Shown here in pieces: positions 1-12,053 of a stretch of 64,000 bases of DNA; the first letter of the stretch is position 1; each line of letters starts with the position of its first letter. The DNA comes from Balanoglossus misakiensis. Lineage: Eukaryota > Animalia > Hemichordata. The position numbers were made by a program, and so were the translations under genes. The stretch is from contig CM082579.2 of NCBI GenBank assembly GCA_040954595.2, positions 3,585,227 through 3,649,226 of the forward strand, read 5' to 3'. The notes beneath the pieces were generated by a model. That model was given only the letters and a program-made list of their open reading frames with translations, made no database searches and had not been told where the DNA came from.

Positions 1-9
1 TATACTTAC

Positions 10-726
10 TGCTGACAATCTAGCGGGAGATACGTTGCAGGCGTTTTGATTCTCATTTCCAGCAGCGACAACCATTGTGTATCCGTAATTAATTGTGTTT
101 TGGACGCAGTTGTCGAGGGCGGTGTTAGCACCACCGCCGCCGAAGCACGCAGAGACAACACTTCTGCTTGGGGTAGCACCACTAGAGGAGATTGCATCAA
201 GACCTGCGAAGAAAGTGATGTCATTCATACACGTTTTTCGGTTACTTTTGAGTTGTTGAAAAAAAGAGGGAGATGGACAAAGTGTACAATCTACTGCCAA
301 ATAAGCTTCCGAAAGTCAGGCTTATAAGACGATGACACCAACTGTTTGTTGTTGTTGTTGACGATGATTATGATGTCGTGCTGACATTGACCACCCACGC
401 GCGCTCAGTTCTGCGTCACTCACTTGTGAAATTGCCAACTACTTCAGCGCAGCTCTTGTATCCACACCCTTACCTCCACAGATATCGGTAGTTGTACCAG
501 AACCTTGGCAGTTCAAGACTCTCACACTGTAGAGATTGGAACCCGGGGCAACACCAACAGTGGCACCAGACGCGATTCCACCACAAGCTGTACCGTGACC
601 ATGGCAATCGTTTCCCTGATAAGAAAAAGTACTTTTGTTGGGTTTGTTGTTGTGGTGGTGGTGGTGGTGGTGGAGGCGGTGATCATCATCATCATCATCA
701 TCATTATCATCATCATCATCATCATT

Positions 727-784
<58 letters not shown>

Positions 785-2313
785 CCTATGAGCTTTAGAA
801 TACGGATAGGTAGTATGATTGAAACTATAATATAACTCATCTTACGCCATTAGATGGTAAGAAATCCCAGAAATAGGAAGCACGGCCGCCAAACTCTTGG
901 TGGGTGTGACGGAGACCAGTGTCAACAATGTAGACATGGGCACCAAGCCCAGTGCCTGTAGTGGATACCAAAAAACGTACACTTTTATTGTCGGCAAACA
1001 TGCTGCACAACATGAGAACAACGTGAAAAATGCTAGGTTTTTGACTATAATAGAGTACGGGAATCTATAATATAGGAAACGAAAATAAGAAGGATGCAAA
1101 CTTTAAGAGCGCGACGGAGTCAAGCATTGTATTAACGATGGTGATTGAATATCAAGTTATATCAGTTAACATTTTTCTTGAATAGTGGTGGGGAGTTGTC
1201 AAGACCTGTCACTAATAATAATGTAGAGATCCACCTACCGTAGAGACTCATCTGGCCATTGAGAGGAAGACTTCTCTGGTCGATACGATCCATACCCCAT
1301 TCAACATTTGGTGTCACGATCATATCATCCTGAACGTATTCGATTTCCTCGAAGTTGAGGACCTAACAATTGAAAAAGTAACGATCGATCGAAATACGAA
1401 AATAGTATTAATCACAGTATGGGTGAAATACTTCTATTTACTTCTACTTCTTCGTCAAAAGTTGCATTCCAGACGTCTCAGAAAAGACGATGTGTATCCA
1501 AATATGGAACATCTGTTACTCGATTTATGAGTGATAGCATTTTTGGATTTGACTCACAACAAATAATTTGTATCGCGTTTTCGCCACATGGGTCTCTCAA
1601 TATCAATTATCCCTTATTAAATAAGGCCATTGTAAGTCTGACTTACACTCTTCAAGTCCAGAGTTTCGATGGCCAAACCGTTCAGAGACATCTTGTAAAT
1701 ATATTTGACATCGACAGGTACTTGGCCTTGCAAAGTCCCGGCGAACTGCTGGGCATTAAAGCCATCCTGAAGGATGATGTAGAATTGATTAACAATATTG
1801 CTTTTTGTGCTTTCACTCTAACAAGCAAACTAACACTTTCCCTTCTGGCGCCACAACCGTAAATTGTACAATTATAGGAAAAACATGTGAGCTGTTCACC
1901 AAGTGTCTGAACCATATATCTTTGCAGTGGTCAGTACTAATATGATCTCAAGTAATCATAAAATAATTACATGGACTCAACCTTAGGCTTTTCATTTATA
2001 AACTCATCAAAACGACATTACAATGAATAAAATTATCGACTGAATTTAAAAGTACATGCACACAGTTCTTGTCTAAGTTGAAATGTCACATTTCAAACTT
2101 TATCATTGGACTGTACAAATTTTAGATGTCAATGCAAGCGTATTCGGGTCTGTTATGAAGAAATATGGGAACGACAAAACTGTGCGTGCAGACGCCTACC
2201 TTCAGCTTGATGATGTAGCTGTTTTTCTTCACATTACCAGCCGCTGATTGGATGTAGGGGGCCTCAGTTGCTGCCGCGATTGTGACGAAAGCCACAAAGA
2301 CCAAACAACGCAT
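10..2313 (-). CDS. Secreted subtilisin-like serine protease (S8A, proteinase K/aqualysin-like), copy 1; 3' exons lie beyond the left window edge
   Basis: ATG at 2313 gives signal peptide MRCLVFVAFVTIAAA. I9-type propeptide exons at ~2200-2313 and ~1648-1766. Exon ~1238-1362 has [13 protein letters not shown], ~846-955 has VYIVDTG (catalytic Asp), ~472-615 has DCHGHGT (catalytic His), 10-203 has [11 protein letters not shown] (oxyanion Asn). GT-AG boundaries read directly. The catalytic-Ser exon is not in the window. Confidence 0.9.
645..784. repeat. Compound microsatellite (GTT/GGT)n-(ATC)n in an intron of protease copy 1
   Basis: About 34 ATC/ATT triplets preceded by GGT/GTT runs, between the His exon and the Asp exon. 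Confidence 0.95.
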
Positions 2314-2629
2314 CGTGGTTCTTTGATCAAGAGAAAGACACGTGGAATTGTCGTGTAACATTTAACAGAAACCGCAACCATTCAGGCGACCGAGGTCTAA
2401 TTCCCCCGATTATACGAACCCAGGGCGAGTATGTGAACATATGGTGAGCATTTTCACTTTGAACGTCCAATCGAATTGTGGTTAATCTGACCTCATCCAC
2501 AGCCAACAGGGTCCCGATTGGTGCTATGGTATGTCAAGATATGAACAGGAGAAAGAGTTTAACCCTTACCTGCTTCTAGTCTGCATCAAGACGATTTAGA
2601 GAAGTGTGTATGGTGTAGGCTTCCCGCTC

Positions 2630-2710
2630 TCCTATGAAAATTTGAAGTGGTTTTATCATTACCAGCTATATAAGTCAAAATTGGTCGAACCTGCTTAGAA
2701 TCCCACGGAA
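2630..2710 (-). promoter_or_regulatory. Putative proximal promoter of protease copy 1
   Basis: Lies upstream of a probable non-coding first exon (donor near 2568). GATA site (TGATAAA on minus, ~2652-2658), AACCTG at 2688-2693 and TCCCACGG at 2701-2708, in the same order as copies 2 and 3. Confidence 0.45.
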
Positions 2711-4430
2711 CTCATTTTTTCAGGGACAGGCGTCTACATCATAATAATATGATAAAACAACGTAAAACATGATAACAGGTATTACATGTATTAAAATGCC
2801 AAATAGTTGATAATGAATCCGATAAAGTGTATCCACCATATGTATATACGTACAGACTATTCCACTGCGACAACGAAACCGATGAAGTTGGCGGCTGATT
2901 AGTTGCTCATCATCCATTTACATATATCTTGTTGTTGACAGTATGAGAATTCTTCCCTTCTGCTGTTTCTTTAGTTTGATTAGTTTGATCAAACAGTGAC
3001 TTTTACCTTGTCTAAATCTGTCGCGAGTTTCCTTCGCTCGGTGGGGAAACAGGTAGACCCAAGAAAACATAAAGCAGATTCTCAACTTGTTACTGCAGAG
3101 TTTTATATGTTGATACGATATGCAACAAGGCATTGGCATGACTTGTGCTTGGGCTGTTTTGCACGCAACTAGCGAGAAACCGAGAAAATGTTAAACGCCA
3201 AAAGATGTCAACTTGGCTATAATGAGACCCGGGGATCTACATAGCCGCTTACAAATGCCGCCGTTGGTGGCAGTGATGACATGTGAATAGACCACAGCAA
3301 CGTTTGGTCTCCCCGGAAACAATTTGTTTGTCTTTTTGTGGTGAACACTACATTTGTTTCACAGCCAGCTGGTCACATTTTTTCTTAAAAAATCCTCGAG
3401 GTTCTCCTATATCAAAGGGGTCACCCATAGCTCTTCGCTTCACCATTCAGAGGTACAAATGTAGATGAGTAATAATGATTAATAGCCATTTTGACAATGG
3501 TGCCAGTATATACCTTATATTCCGGTCAAAGGTGTGCCATCACTACGATATGTTATGCTAGTGTTAAGTTTGAAAAATCGCCATGCGTCATTCTATTTTT
3601 TATACCGGCAATCCATTTTCCCTGAGACTACTGAAAGGAGGTTTGGGGGATTTCGGCTGCGAGGCAAGTATTCTGAGATGCCACGAATCCAAATGTTTCA
3701 ATTCGTTTTCAAGATTGCATATTCACCAAACGAGAATCACTTGCTGGCCCCATGAAAAATAGTGGGAAGAATTAACTTTAGGAATTACCCGACATTCTGG
3801 CGAAATGTGGTAGTCATTGCGAATAGGTGGGCGAACCTTGTGTACTGTCAAAGGTGGGGTTTTTACATTGATGACCAATACATGTACATGCATGTCACCA
3901 TGTAGGTCCGTGACACACATTTGGAGAATATGCGGCTTAATCCTTGTTCAATGAGGTGACACAAAACACATTTTGATGCGTTGAAATAATGAACTATTTT
4001 ATTCAATTCAACATTCTATTAAATGACATTGCAATTTGAAAGTTTTGAAAATTTATTTCGTGGATCATTATACATGCACTGTCACAGTCCGTCGGGCTAG
4101 AGTCAGAGCGAGAGAGAGAAAGAGAGAGAGAGAGAGGTGGTTACTGATCAGTATGAAAGTTCAACGTTAACGATATACGTTATTTCATTACCTTATGATT
4201 CAACAATTTTATTTACAATGTTTGTCACTAAGACATTTGCAATGCAGCACAGTATGTGCACATATTGTTGTTTTAGGCCTAATCTGTTCACTTTTGAATC
4301 AGAATGACTTGCTAGGCCATTGTAGTCGTCTTATTATACAGTGTTTCTTTGTCTAGAGTATCATAATTTCAGGGAGGGTGTTAGCGATTGGTTTGCTTCA
4401 TACCTGCTGAGTAGATGGCCGTGGATGACA

Positions 4431-5606
4431 CTAGGCACTGTACAAGAGCAAGTTGGGTGATCCAACCGTGTCGCTGATAACACCGGAAGTAGCATCACCC
4501 ACAATTCTACTCGCACAGCTGGCATTGCTGTTGCAACCTCCGGCTCCCAGATGGACTGCTGCAACACCTGTTTACCAATCACAATGCCACAAGCATGTTA
4601 CTACAAAGGCAGGAAAAACGGCGTTGACAAAACAACGCTAATGACATCGTGCTCCCATTTTGACTAGAACAATTACATACATACATGCAGTGTAAAATGA
4701 TTAGTCTATTCATTCCATCGCAAATTCACTTATGTTAGCCCCCTCTCTGTCCAGTCGGGCAAGGTAAATAAAACGTACATGCGGGGGAGCCCGTCTGAAC
4801 CGGAGCCTGAACCCAAACTCCGTTTGCCGAGAGCCAGTTTGAGCCAGCAAACCCAGAACAAAATGTCCCTTTCTGGCGGTCAGACAGTCAGTCAGAGTCA
4901 GTCAGTCAGTCTGTCTGTCTGTCTACTTGCCTGAAACGTGTGGGCAGGCCATGGAAGTTCCGCTCATTGTTGTGTAGCATGTATCACAAGAGTAGGAGGC
5001 ACTTCTGACATTGACACCAGGAGCGAAGAGATCAACACAGCTGCCATAGTTGGAGAAGCTTGCACGCCAATCGCTGCTGTCGCTGGCCGCAACAGTGATA
5101 GCCTGTTGGAGAGACGTATTACGAGCAATTACAATGACGTTTGTTGTAAACGAACGAGTCATCATCATCACAAGAAAAAAAAGCTTTAAATTAATTTCAG
5201 TATACTTACGGCTGCCAATCTAGCGGGAGATGCGTTGCAGGCGTTTTGATTCTCATTTCCAGCAGCGACAGACATTGTGTATCCGTTATTAATTGTGTTT
5301 TGGACGCAGTTGTCGAGGGCAGTGTTAGCACCACCGCCGAGGGACATGGAGACAACACTTCTGCTTGGGGTAGCACCACTAGAGGAGATTGCATCAAGAC
5401 CTGCCAAGAAAATGATGTCATTCATACACGTTCGGAGATTGACAAAGTGTAGCTGAAGTTCAGTAGCTCGATTTTGCCTGGTTTGTGTGTTGTACGGCAA
5501 ATACCAGGCAAAATCGAGCTACTGAACTGCAACTAGACAAAGTGTAACATCTACTGCCAAATAAGCTACCGCAAAGTCGGGTTTATTGGACGATGACACC
5601 ATCTGT

Positions 5607-5651
<45 letters not shown>

Positions 5652-7552
5652 CCAGGCTGACATTGACCACCTACGCGCGCTCAGTTCTGCGTCAGTCACT
5701 GATTTCTAAAAAGAAAGGTTCTACTATATGCCTTGTGAAATTGCCAACTACTTCAGCGCAGCTCTTGTATCCGAACCCTTACCTCCACAGATATCGGTAG
5801 TTGTACCAGAACCTTGGCAGTTCAAGACTCTCACACTGTAGAGATTGGAAGACGGGGCAACACCAACGGAGGATCCGGACGTGGTACCGCCACAATGGGT
5901 GCCGTGACCATGGCAATCGTTTCCCTGTGAACAGAATGCGTCTTTCATCAAGTGGTGTTTTTACTGGGAGGGTGATGTTGAATATGTTACACGTTGCAAA
6001 TACTCAATTAATCCAGGGAAACTGAGTTGTACATTCAGGCAATTTCAAACAGCTGATAATAAACAAACTTTCTTACGCCATTAGATGGTAAGAAATCCCA
6101 GAAATAGGAAGCACGGCCGCCGTAATCGCCGTGGGAGTGACGGAGACCAGTATCAACAATGTAGACATGGGCACCAGATCCAGTACCTGTGGAGGAGGAC
6201 AACGAAAGAGGGGATGGCTGAAACTTTTTTGTGAAAAACAAACACGTAAAGCCCGTAAGCAACGTGAATCTTTAGACGGAAAAGAAGGCTTACACTCAAT
6301 CATGCAGAGAAAATGTCACTCGCATCGATCATTTTATTTGAGCATATCAACATCCAAAAATATCATGGGGTTATGGAACGTGGCAAAATGAATGTAGTAC
6401 GTGTATCCATTTTCAAGGGAGTTTAATAATTACAGTTCTTCCAATAAAAGGAAGCGGGGAATTGGTAAGATTCTTCACTAGCTGGTTCTAATGATCCACC
6501 TACCATACAGACTCATCTGGCCATTGAGAGGAAGACTTCTCTGGTCGATACGATCCATACCCCATTCAACATCAGCTGTCACGATCAAATCATCTTGAAT
6601 GAAATCGATTTCATCAAAAGCGCGTACCTGCGAGTAGATGAGTATTTATAAATCGCTGTCAGTAAGTGAGTTCCAATGTATTCCTCTATAATAACCATAC
6701 GTGATCTGAATATGCTCACGTGGTTGCATGGTCTATTATGTGCCAGGGTGGAGATAAAGGGAGAATCTTTTGCTTTCTGAGACAAGTTACGACACATTAT
6801 GGCCGAGTAATCATCGACATACATTTACATGTATTATGTATTACTGGACTGCCAAGCCGCTGCTTCTGTCATTAACCACGTCTCGCGAGATCTCGTAATG
6901 AGCTGAAAATCAAACTCCAGCTATGTGACCGGTGGTTGATCAATTTTACGGCGTTTGGGAACAAGATCAACTGCAACAACACTGTCTGCCAAGCGTGGCT
7001 CGCACTCATTGCGGTAAAAATATTTTGGCAGAAACGATCATGATTTTCTAGATGCTATAACAGACTACACGTGTAAAAGCCAAATGCACGAGCCGCTTTG
7101 GTCTCGACATCACCCATTTTAACAAGAAAGGCGGATCATTTCAACAATTAAAAACAATGTTATTAACTCACTTCTTCCAAGTTCAGGGTTTCGATGGCGA
7201 ATCCATTCAGAGACTTTCCGTAGACATACTTGACTTCAAGGGGCACCTTGCCTTGCACCGTTTGCACGAAGGTGTGGGCATCAACACCATCCTGTAAGAC
7301 ACAGACAACATAAGTGAATAGAAACTTATCCAACCAAAAGAAGCAGGAGTTGTTGGGCGTCTGTTTTTATTAACCTTTTTCCACACACCCGTCATTATCT
7401 GCTAAGAAGAAAGTAACATAACAGTTGCGTACCTTCAGTTTGACGATGTAGCTATTCTGTTTGGCGTCACCATTGGTGGATTGGATGTAGGGAGCTTTGA
7501 TCACAGCTGATGCTGCAACAGCGATGAGGGCGGCGAAGACAAAACAGCGCAT
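4431..7552 (-). CDS. Secreted subtilisin-like serine protease (S8A, proteinase K/aqualysin-like), copy 2, complete, 8 coding exons
   Basis: Exons approx. 7433-7552 (signal peptide), 7172-7290, 6503-6627 ([13 protein letters not shown]), 6077-6187 (DTG), 5783-5925 (HGTHCGG), 5210-5400 (SMSLGG, AAGNE), 4931-5102 ([11 protein letters not shown]), 4431-4567 (ends SPNLLLYSA*). Full Asp/His/Ser triad. AATAAA on minus at 3998-4003. Confidence 0.93.
5450..5535. mobile_element. 86-bp MITE-like insertion with ~33-bp TIRs and a 9-bp target site duplication (GACAAAGTG)
   Basis: TAGCTGAAGTTCAGTAGCTCGATTTTGCCTGGT pairs with ACCAGGCAAAATCGAGCTACTGAACTGCAACTA (2 mismatches). Flanked by GACAAAGTG at 5441-5449 and 5536-5544. 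The homologous introns of copies 1 and 3 carry a single GACAAAGTG (empty site). Confidence 0.85.
5605..5650. repeat. (GTT)n microsatellite in a protease copy 2 intron
   Basis: About 15 GTT units; homologous tracts at ~347-360 (short) and ~11990-12053 (long). Confidence 0.9.
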
Positions 7553-7819
7553 CTTGGTTCTGAAACCAGAAAACAGTTACCAAGGATGTGTGTGTTAGAA
7601 GGAGAGGGGCGTGTGTCCAAAGATGACGTGGGAGATATACCACAGTGTAGTAGTTTGCATGCACGCAGACAGACAGACAAGAAAATGGGGAAAGCCCGAT
7701 TATCCCACCACACTCCATGCACGCATTGTCCGGTGTCCAAGAGGCTTCAAATCGGCGGTGTAGAACTAGTGTTTTGACCAAAGCTGCATGCAGGGTGCGT
7801 AGTAAGAAGATGCAAGCTT

Positions 7820-7970
7820 ACCTGGATCTGGATCTGGACGAGTCAGAGCAGTATGAGTCTCTCTGGGCTTCCCTTCGCCCTTTTAAACGTTTGGAAGGGG
7901 AGCTTATCTACAATTAACCGCAAGACGTAACATAAATCACACCAGTCCAGGTTGCGCGGGATCCCACGGA
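7820..7970 (-). promoter_or_regulatory. Non-coding first exon and proximal promoter of protease copy 2
   Basis: GTAAG donor near 7817-7821; TTTAAAAG TATA-like box ~7880-7887; AGATAAG ~7903-7909; CAGGTT 7948-7953; TCCCACGG 7962-7969. Homologous to 13965-14125. Confidence 0.5.
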
Positions 7971-10943
7971 CCGTGCAAGAGTACGCGATAACACTGGGAG
8001 TGAAAACCTGTTAATGGACACGTTTAGTGCCTGGCGCACACCACGCGTTTCTCATGCTTTCTCGCAATCCATTAACACCATGCAGGATACATCGATTGCA
8101 ATCTCACACATCATGCATCCACACGCTCATCGAGGAGAGATGACAGAAATATCATGTTAGTGTTTTCAAACTTTAACTATGAGAATTTATCGAGACATGC
8201 TGATTCAGTATTTAACACAGGGATTATTTTTTTCTGAAATACGGAAAATACAGGAAAAATTTCCAAAAACGCATGCACACCGATCCTGCAGTATGACTAA
8301 AGTTGTGTGGTTTTATTTTTATTTTCTCTTATTAAGCGTAAATGTCCGCTATCACTGTTGACATACTATTTTTGAATTTTGTGGAAACTGAAGTAAACAC
8401 CAATGCTGTAGATCAAGATGCATTATCTCAACAGAATGAGCCTGGAGGAGAAACGTTCGATAGAAACCAGTCTTTGTAGTAAGTTTGGCATAAAACGCTA
8501 GCAGATAATAAGACAGATGACAACATTTAAAGCAGAAACGTAGAAGCAGATATTTCGTAGTCTAACCTTTAATACCACGTGGCCTAACTTAATATTTTTG
8601 TAAGATATTTGGCATCGATGCAAAAGATATCAAAGTTGTCATAATGTCCAGTAATCATGCGTGTGTCTTATCTTTACACGAAAAATAAAATCAAATCATA
8701 AAACACATTAGGAAAAACACACAATAAAATAGACAGGTATAGCATTGCGTCGACATGCAATCGATTCATGCGTGTTTCTTATCATCACATGGACCATATT
8801 ATATTAGGTTTTTATTAGAAATGGGACATGATAAAACAAGCCGATATCAATGTGTTAGCACGCAATCGATTGCGCGTCTTTCTAAACTTTACACAAGCAG
8901 TTGACGAAATCTTGCCGCACCAGGCTTTCCCGGTGGCGTCCAAACGATGGTGTTGAGCAGCTATAGGCGGCGGGGAAGACTGTGCCATTTACAATAATAC
9001 TAAAGACTCCCGCAAAAGAATGTTCAGAGGACTCACGAGAGAACGTAGAATCGATGTCGGCGTATGTAATCGAGTCGACAGAGCAAAGTGTCTAAGAATG
9101 AATGATACGGGTTGTTGGACACTACAGGGCACAGTTGACGTTTACAGCACGTTCAATTCCCGGGGCTGGACTATAAAGCAATGTTTTTTCACCGTAGTTT
9201 AAAATGACATTCAAAACAGTACTGTTTTGCGTTCGGGTCATCAGTGTTGTTGATAGCGTCACCAAGATGCAATACTGTCGGACATTTCTTTTTAGCCGGC
9301 GTGTAATATGTAAGGCAGAAAGTGTTGCAATATTCTTCTTTCAAAAATAATCCTTTGCGTGAACCTATTGACCGTTGGTGGTGCCCTTGTTCGAAAACGC
9401 AACGGCGCGCTGATAATATACATTGGGATTTTATCGATATTTTGCAAGCGACAGTCTAAAAGTTTAGCCGCTGATCTAGGAACAAAGGATCATTTACTGT
9501 CACTATCTGGTCTACGTCCATTGCTGACTTAGGAAAGGGGTCAGGTCAGGTCAGGCCTGGGGTCAGGCGTGCCCCAATTCTATCCATGGCTGTCATTGGC
9601 TAAAGTATCGAAAGTTCTGATTGGTCTGATTATTAGTCAAATATTTCTTGTACGGAATTATTCAAAATTGGAAATAATGTAGGACGTACATCGCGTATAT
9701 AAAACAAAACATAAAACTAGCCTATCTTTGGAAGTGTCTAGCAAATTTACATTGTTTTCACGGTAGCAGTCTTGAATTTTCGATAGTTTATTACTCATAC
9801 AGCGCGGCCATTTTGTACATCATGCAATGTGGCGACGTACGATTGTTAACACGTGCACCTGACCACAACCCATATGCCGCCTGTACCTGACCTTATTCAT
9901 TACTACAGCTCCAGATGGGCTATACACATGCCTATTTTAGGGCAGGAAACGAAAGTAACAGAGAATCAGCTTTGTCTTGACATGATAAAATATACACCAA
10001 AGGCCAACAACGACACTTGATTAACAAAACCAAATAATTTTAACAGCTGATGTTCGGTATTCCCGATGGTATCAGTTTCTCTTTTATATGTGTTTTTTTG
10101 CGTTCTGTAAGCTTATGGTACACGTGGCCGAACAAACGTAAATTCTATCACCACTGTCCGTCATTAATTTGCCAACCACTGTTTTTTTTACCCAATTTAG
10201 GCTATAAGGATTTCATTCGATCGAAAACATAGGTATAAGCCCACTCTCAAGAGCGAAACTAACTTCAGCTTGACGGATGTCTTTGTGTGACTCGCACAGC
10301 AGGGTATATTAGCATGTCTTTTGGAGTACTAGTAAAACAAGAAAGTGCATTACTACACAGACTTGAAAAAATCCAAAAGATACCGCTAATATAAGGGATG
10401 TAGGCCTATGTATGAGAACTAAACCAATATTTCATGAGGCTTAATCCATGTTCAATGAGGTGACACAAAACACATCTTGATTCATTGAAATAATGAACAT
10501 TTTTATTCAATTCAACAATCTATTAAATGACATTCCAATTTGAAAGGAGTGAAATTTCATTGTGTGGATGTTACCATTGTACTGTGACAGTTGGTCGGCT
10601 AGAGAGAGAGAGAGAGAGAGATGGTTATTGATTAGTATGAGAGTCAACGACAAATTTTATTTCACCACCTTCAAAAAGCATTGAAACTCAAAAATGATTC
10701 ATCTGTTTTTACATCTGTCACTTAATTTAAGATGGAGGGTGCGTCTAGTTCAATCTTGGTCATCATAGAGGCAATTCCTGTCCTTATTCGTTCACTTTTG
10801 AATCAGAATGACTTTCCAGGCCATTGCAGTCGTCTTCCTAGAGTTCTCATGTGTTGGTTTGTCTAAAATACAATATCTTGATTTCTGGAAAGGTTAGAGA
10901 TCAGTTTGCTTCGTACCTGCTGAGTAGATGGCCGTGGATGACA

Positions 10944-12021
10944 CTAGGCACTGTACAAGAGCAAGTTGGGTGATCCAACCGTGTCGCTGATAACACCGGA
11001 AGTGGCATCATTCAAAATTTTACTGGCACAGCTGGCATTGCTGTTGCAAGTTCCGGCTCCCAGATGGACTGCTGCAACACCTGTTTACCAATCACAATGT
11101 CACAAGCATGTTACTACAAAGGCAGGAATAATGTTGTTGGAAAAACAGCGTCAATTACATCGTGCTCCCATTTTGACTTGAAAATTTACATGTGTGTTCA
11201 TGTTGTCAGGGTCCACTCGTGAACTCAATACACCCGAGAAAGTTCTACTGTAATATGCGAGCCCGTCCATGTCTGAAACCACTCTCCATTTGATGAGAGC
11301 CAGTTTTAGCCAGCAAAACCAGAACAAAATGTCCCTGTTTGTCTGTCTGTTTGTCTGTCTACATGTCAGTCTGTCTGTCTACTTGCCTGAAACGTGTGGG
11401 CAGGCCATGGAAGTTCCGCTCATTGTTGTGTAGCATGAATCACAGGAGTAGGAGGCACTTCTGACATTGACACCAGGAGCGAAGAGATCAACACAGCTGC
11501 CATAGTTGGAGAAGCTTGCACGCCAATCGCTGCTGTCGCTGGCCGCAACAGTGATAGCCTGTTGGAGAGACGTATTACGGGTAATTACAATGGTATTAAA
11601 CATGAACTAGTCATCATCATCACAAGAAAAAAAAGCTTTAAATTAATTTCAGTATACTTACGGCTGCCAATCTAGCGGGAGATGCGTTGCAGGCGTTTTG
11701 ATTCTCATTTCCAGCAGCGACAGACATTGTGTATCCGTAATTAATTGTGTTTTGGACGCAGTTGTCGAGGGCGGTGTTAGCACCGCCGCCGAGGGACATG
11801 GAGACAACACTTCTGCTTGGGGTAGCACCATAAAAGGCGATTTCATCAAGACCTGCGAAGAAAATTATGTCATTCATGTACGTTTTTCGGTTACTTTTGA
11901 GTTGTTGAAAAAAGAGGGAGATGGACAAAGTGTACAATCTACTGCCAAATAAGCTTCCGAAAGTCAGGCTATAGACGATGACACCATCTGTTTGTTGTTG
12001 TTGTTGTTGTTGTTGTAGTAG

Positions 12022-12053
<32 letters not shown>

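Noticed and set aside
439-840. ORFs with poly-His, poly-Ile, poly-Asp and poly-Met tracts
   Set aside because: They are translations of the intronic (ATC)n/(GGT)n microsatellite; only ~472-615 is a real exon.
9535-9895. Loose inverted GGTCAGGT(A)CAGGC motifs about 350 bp apart, possible old TIR element
   Set aside because: The arms are too degenerate and no TSD is visible.
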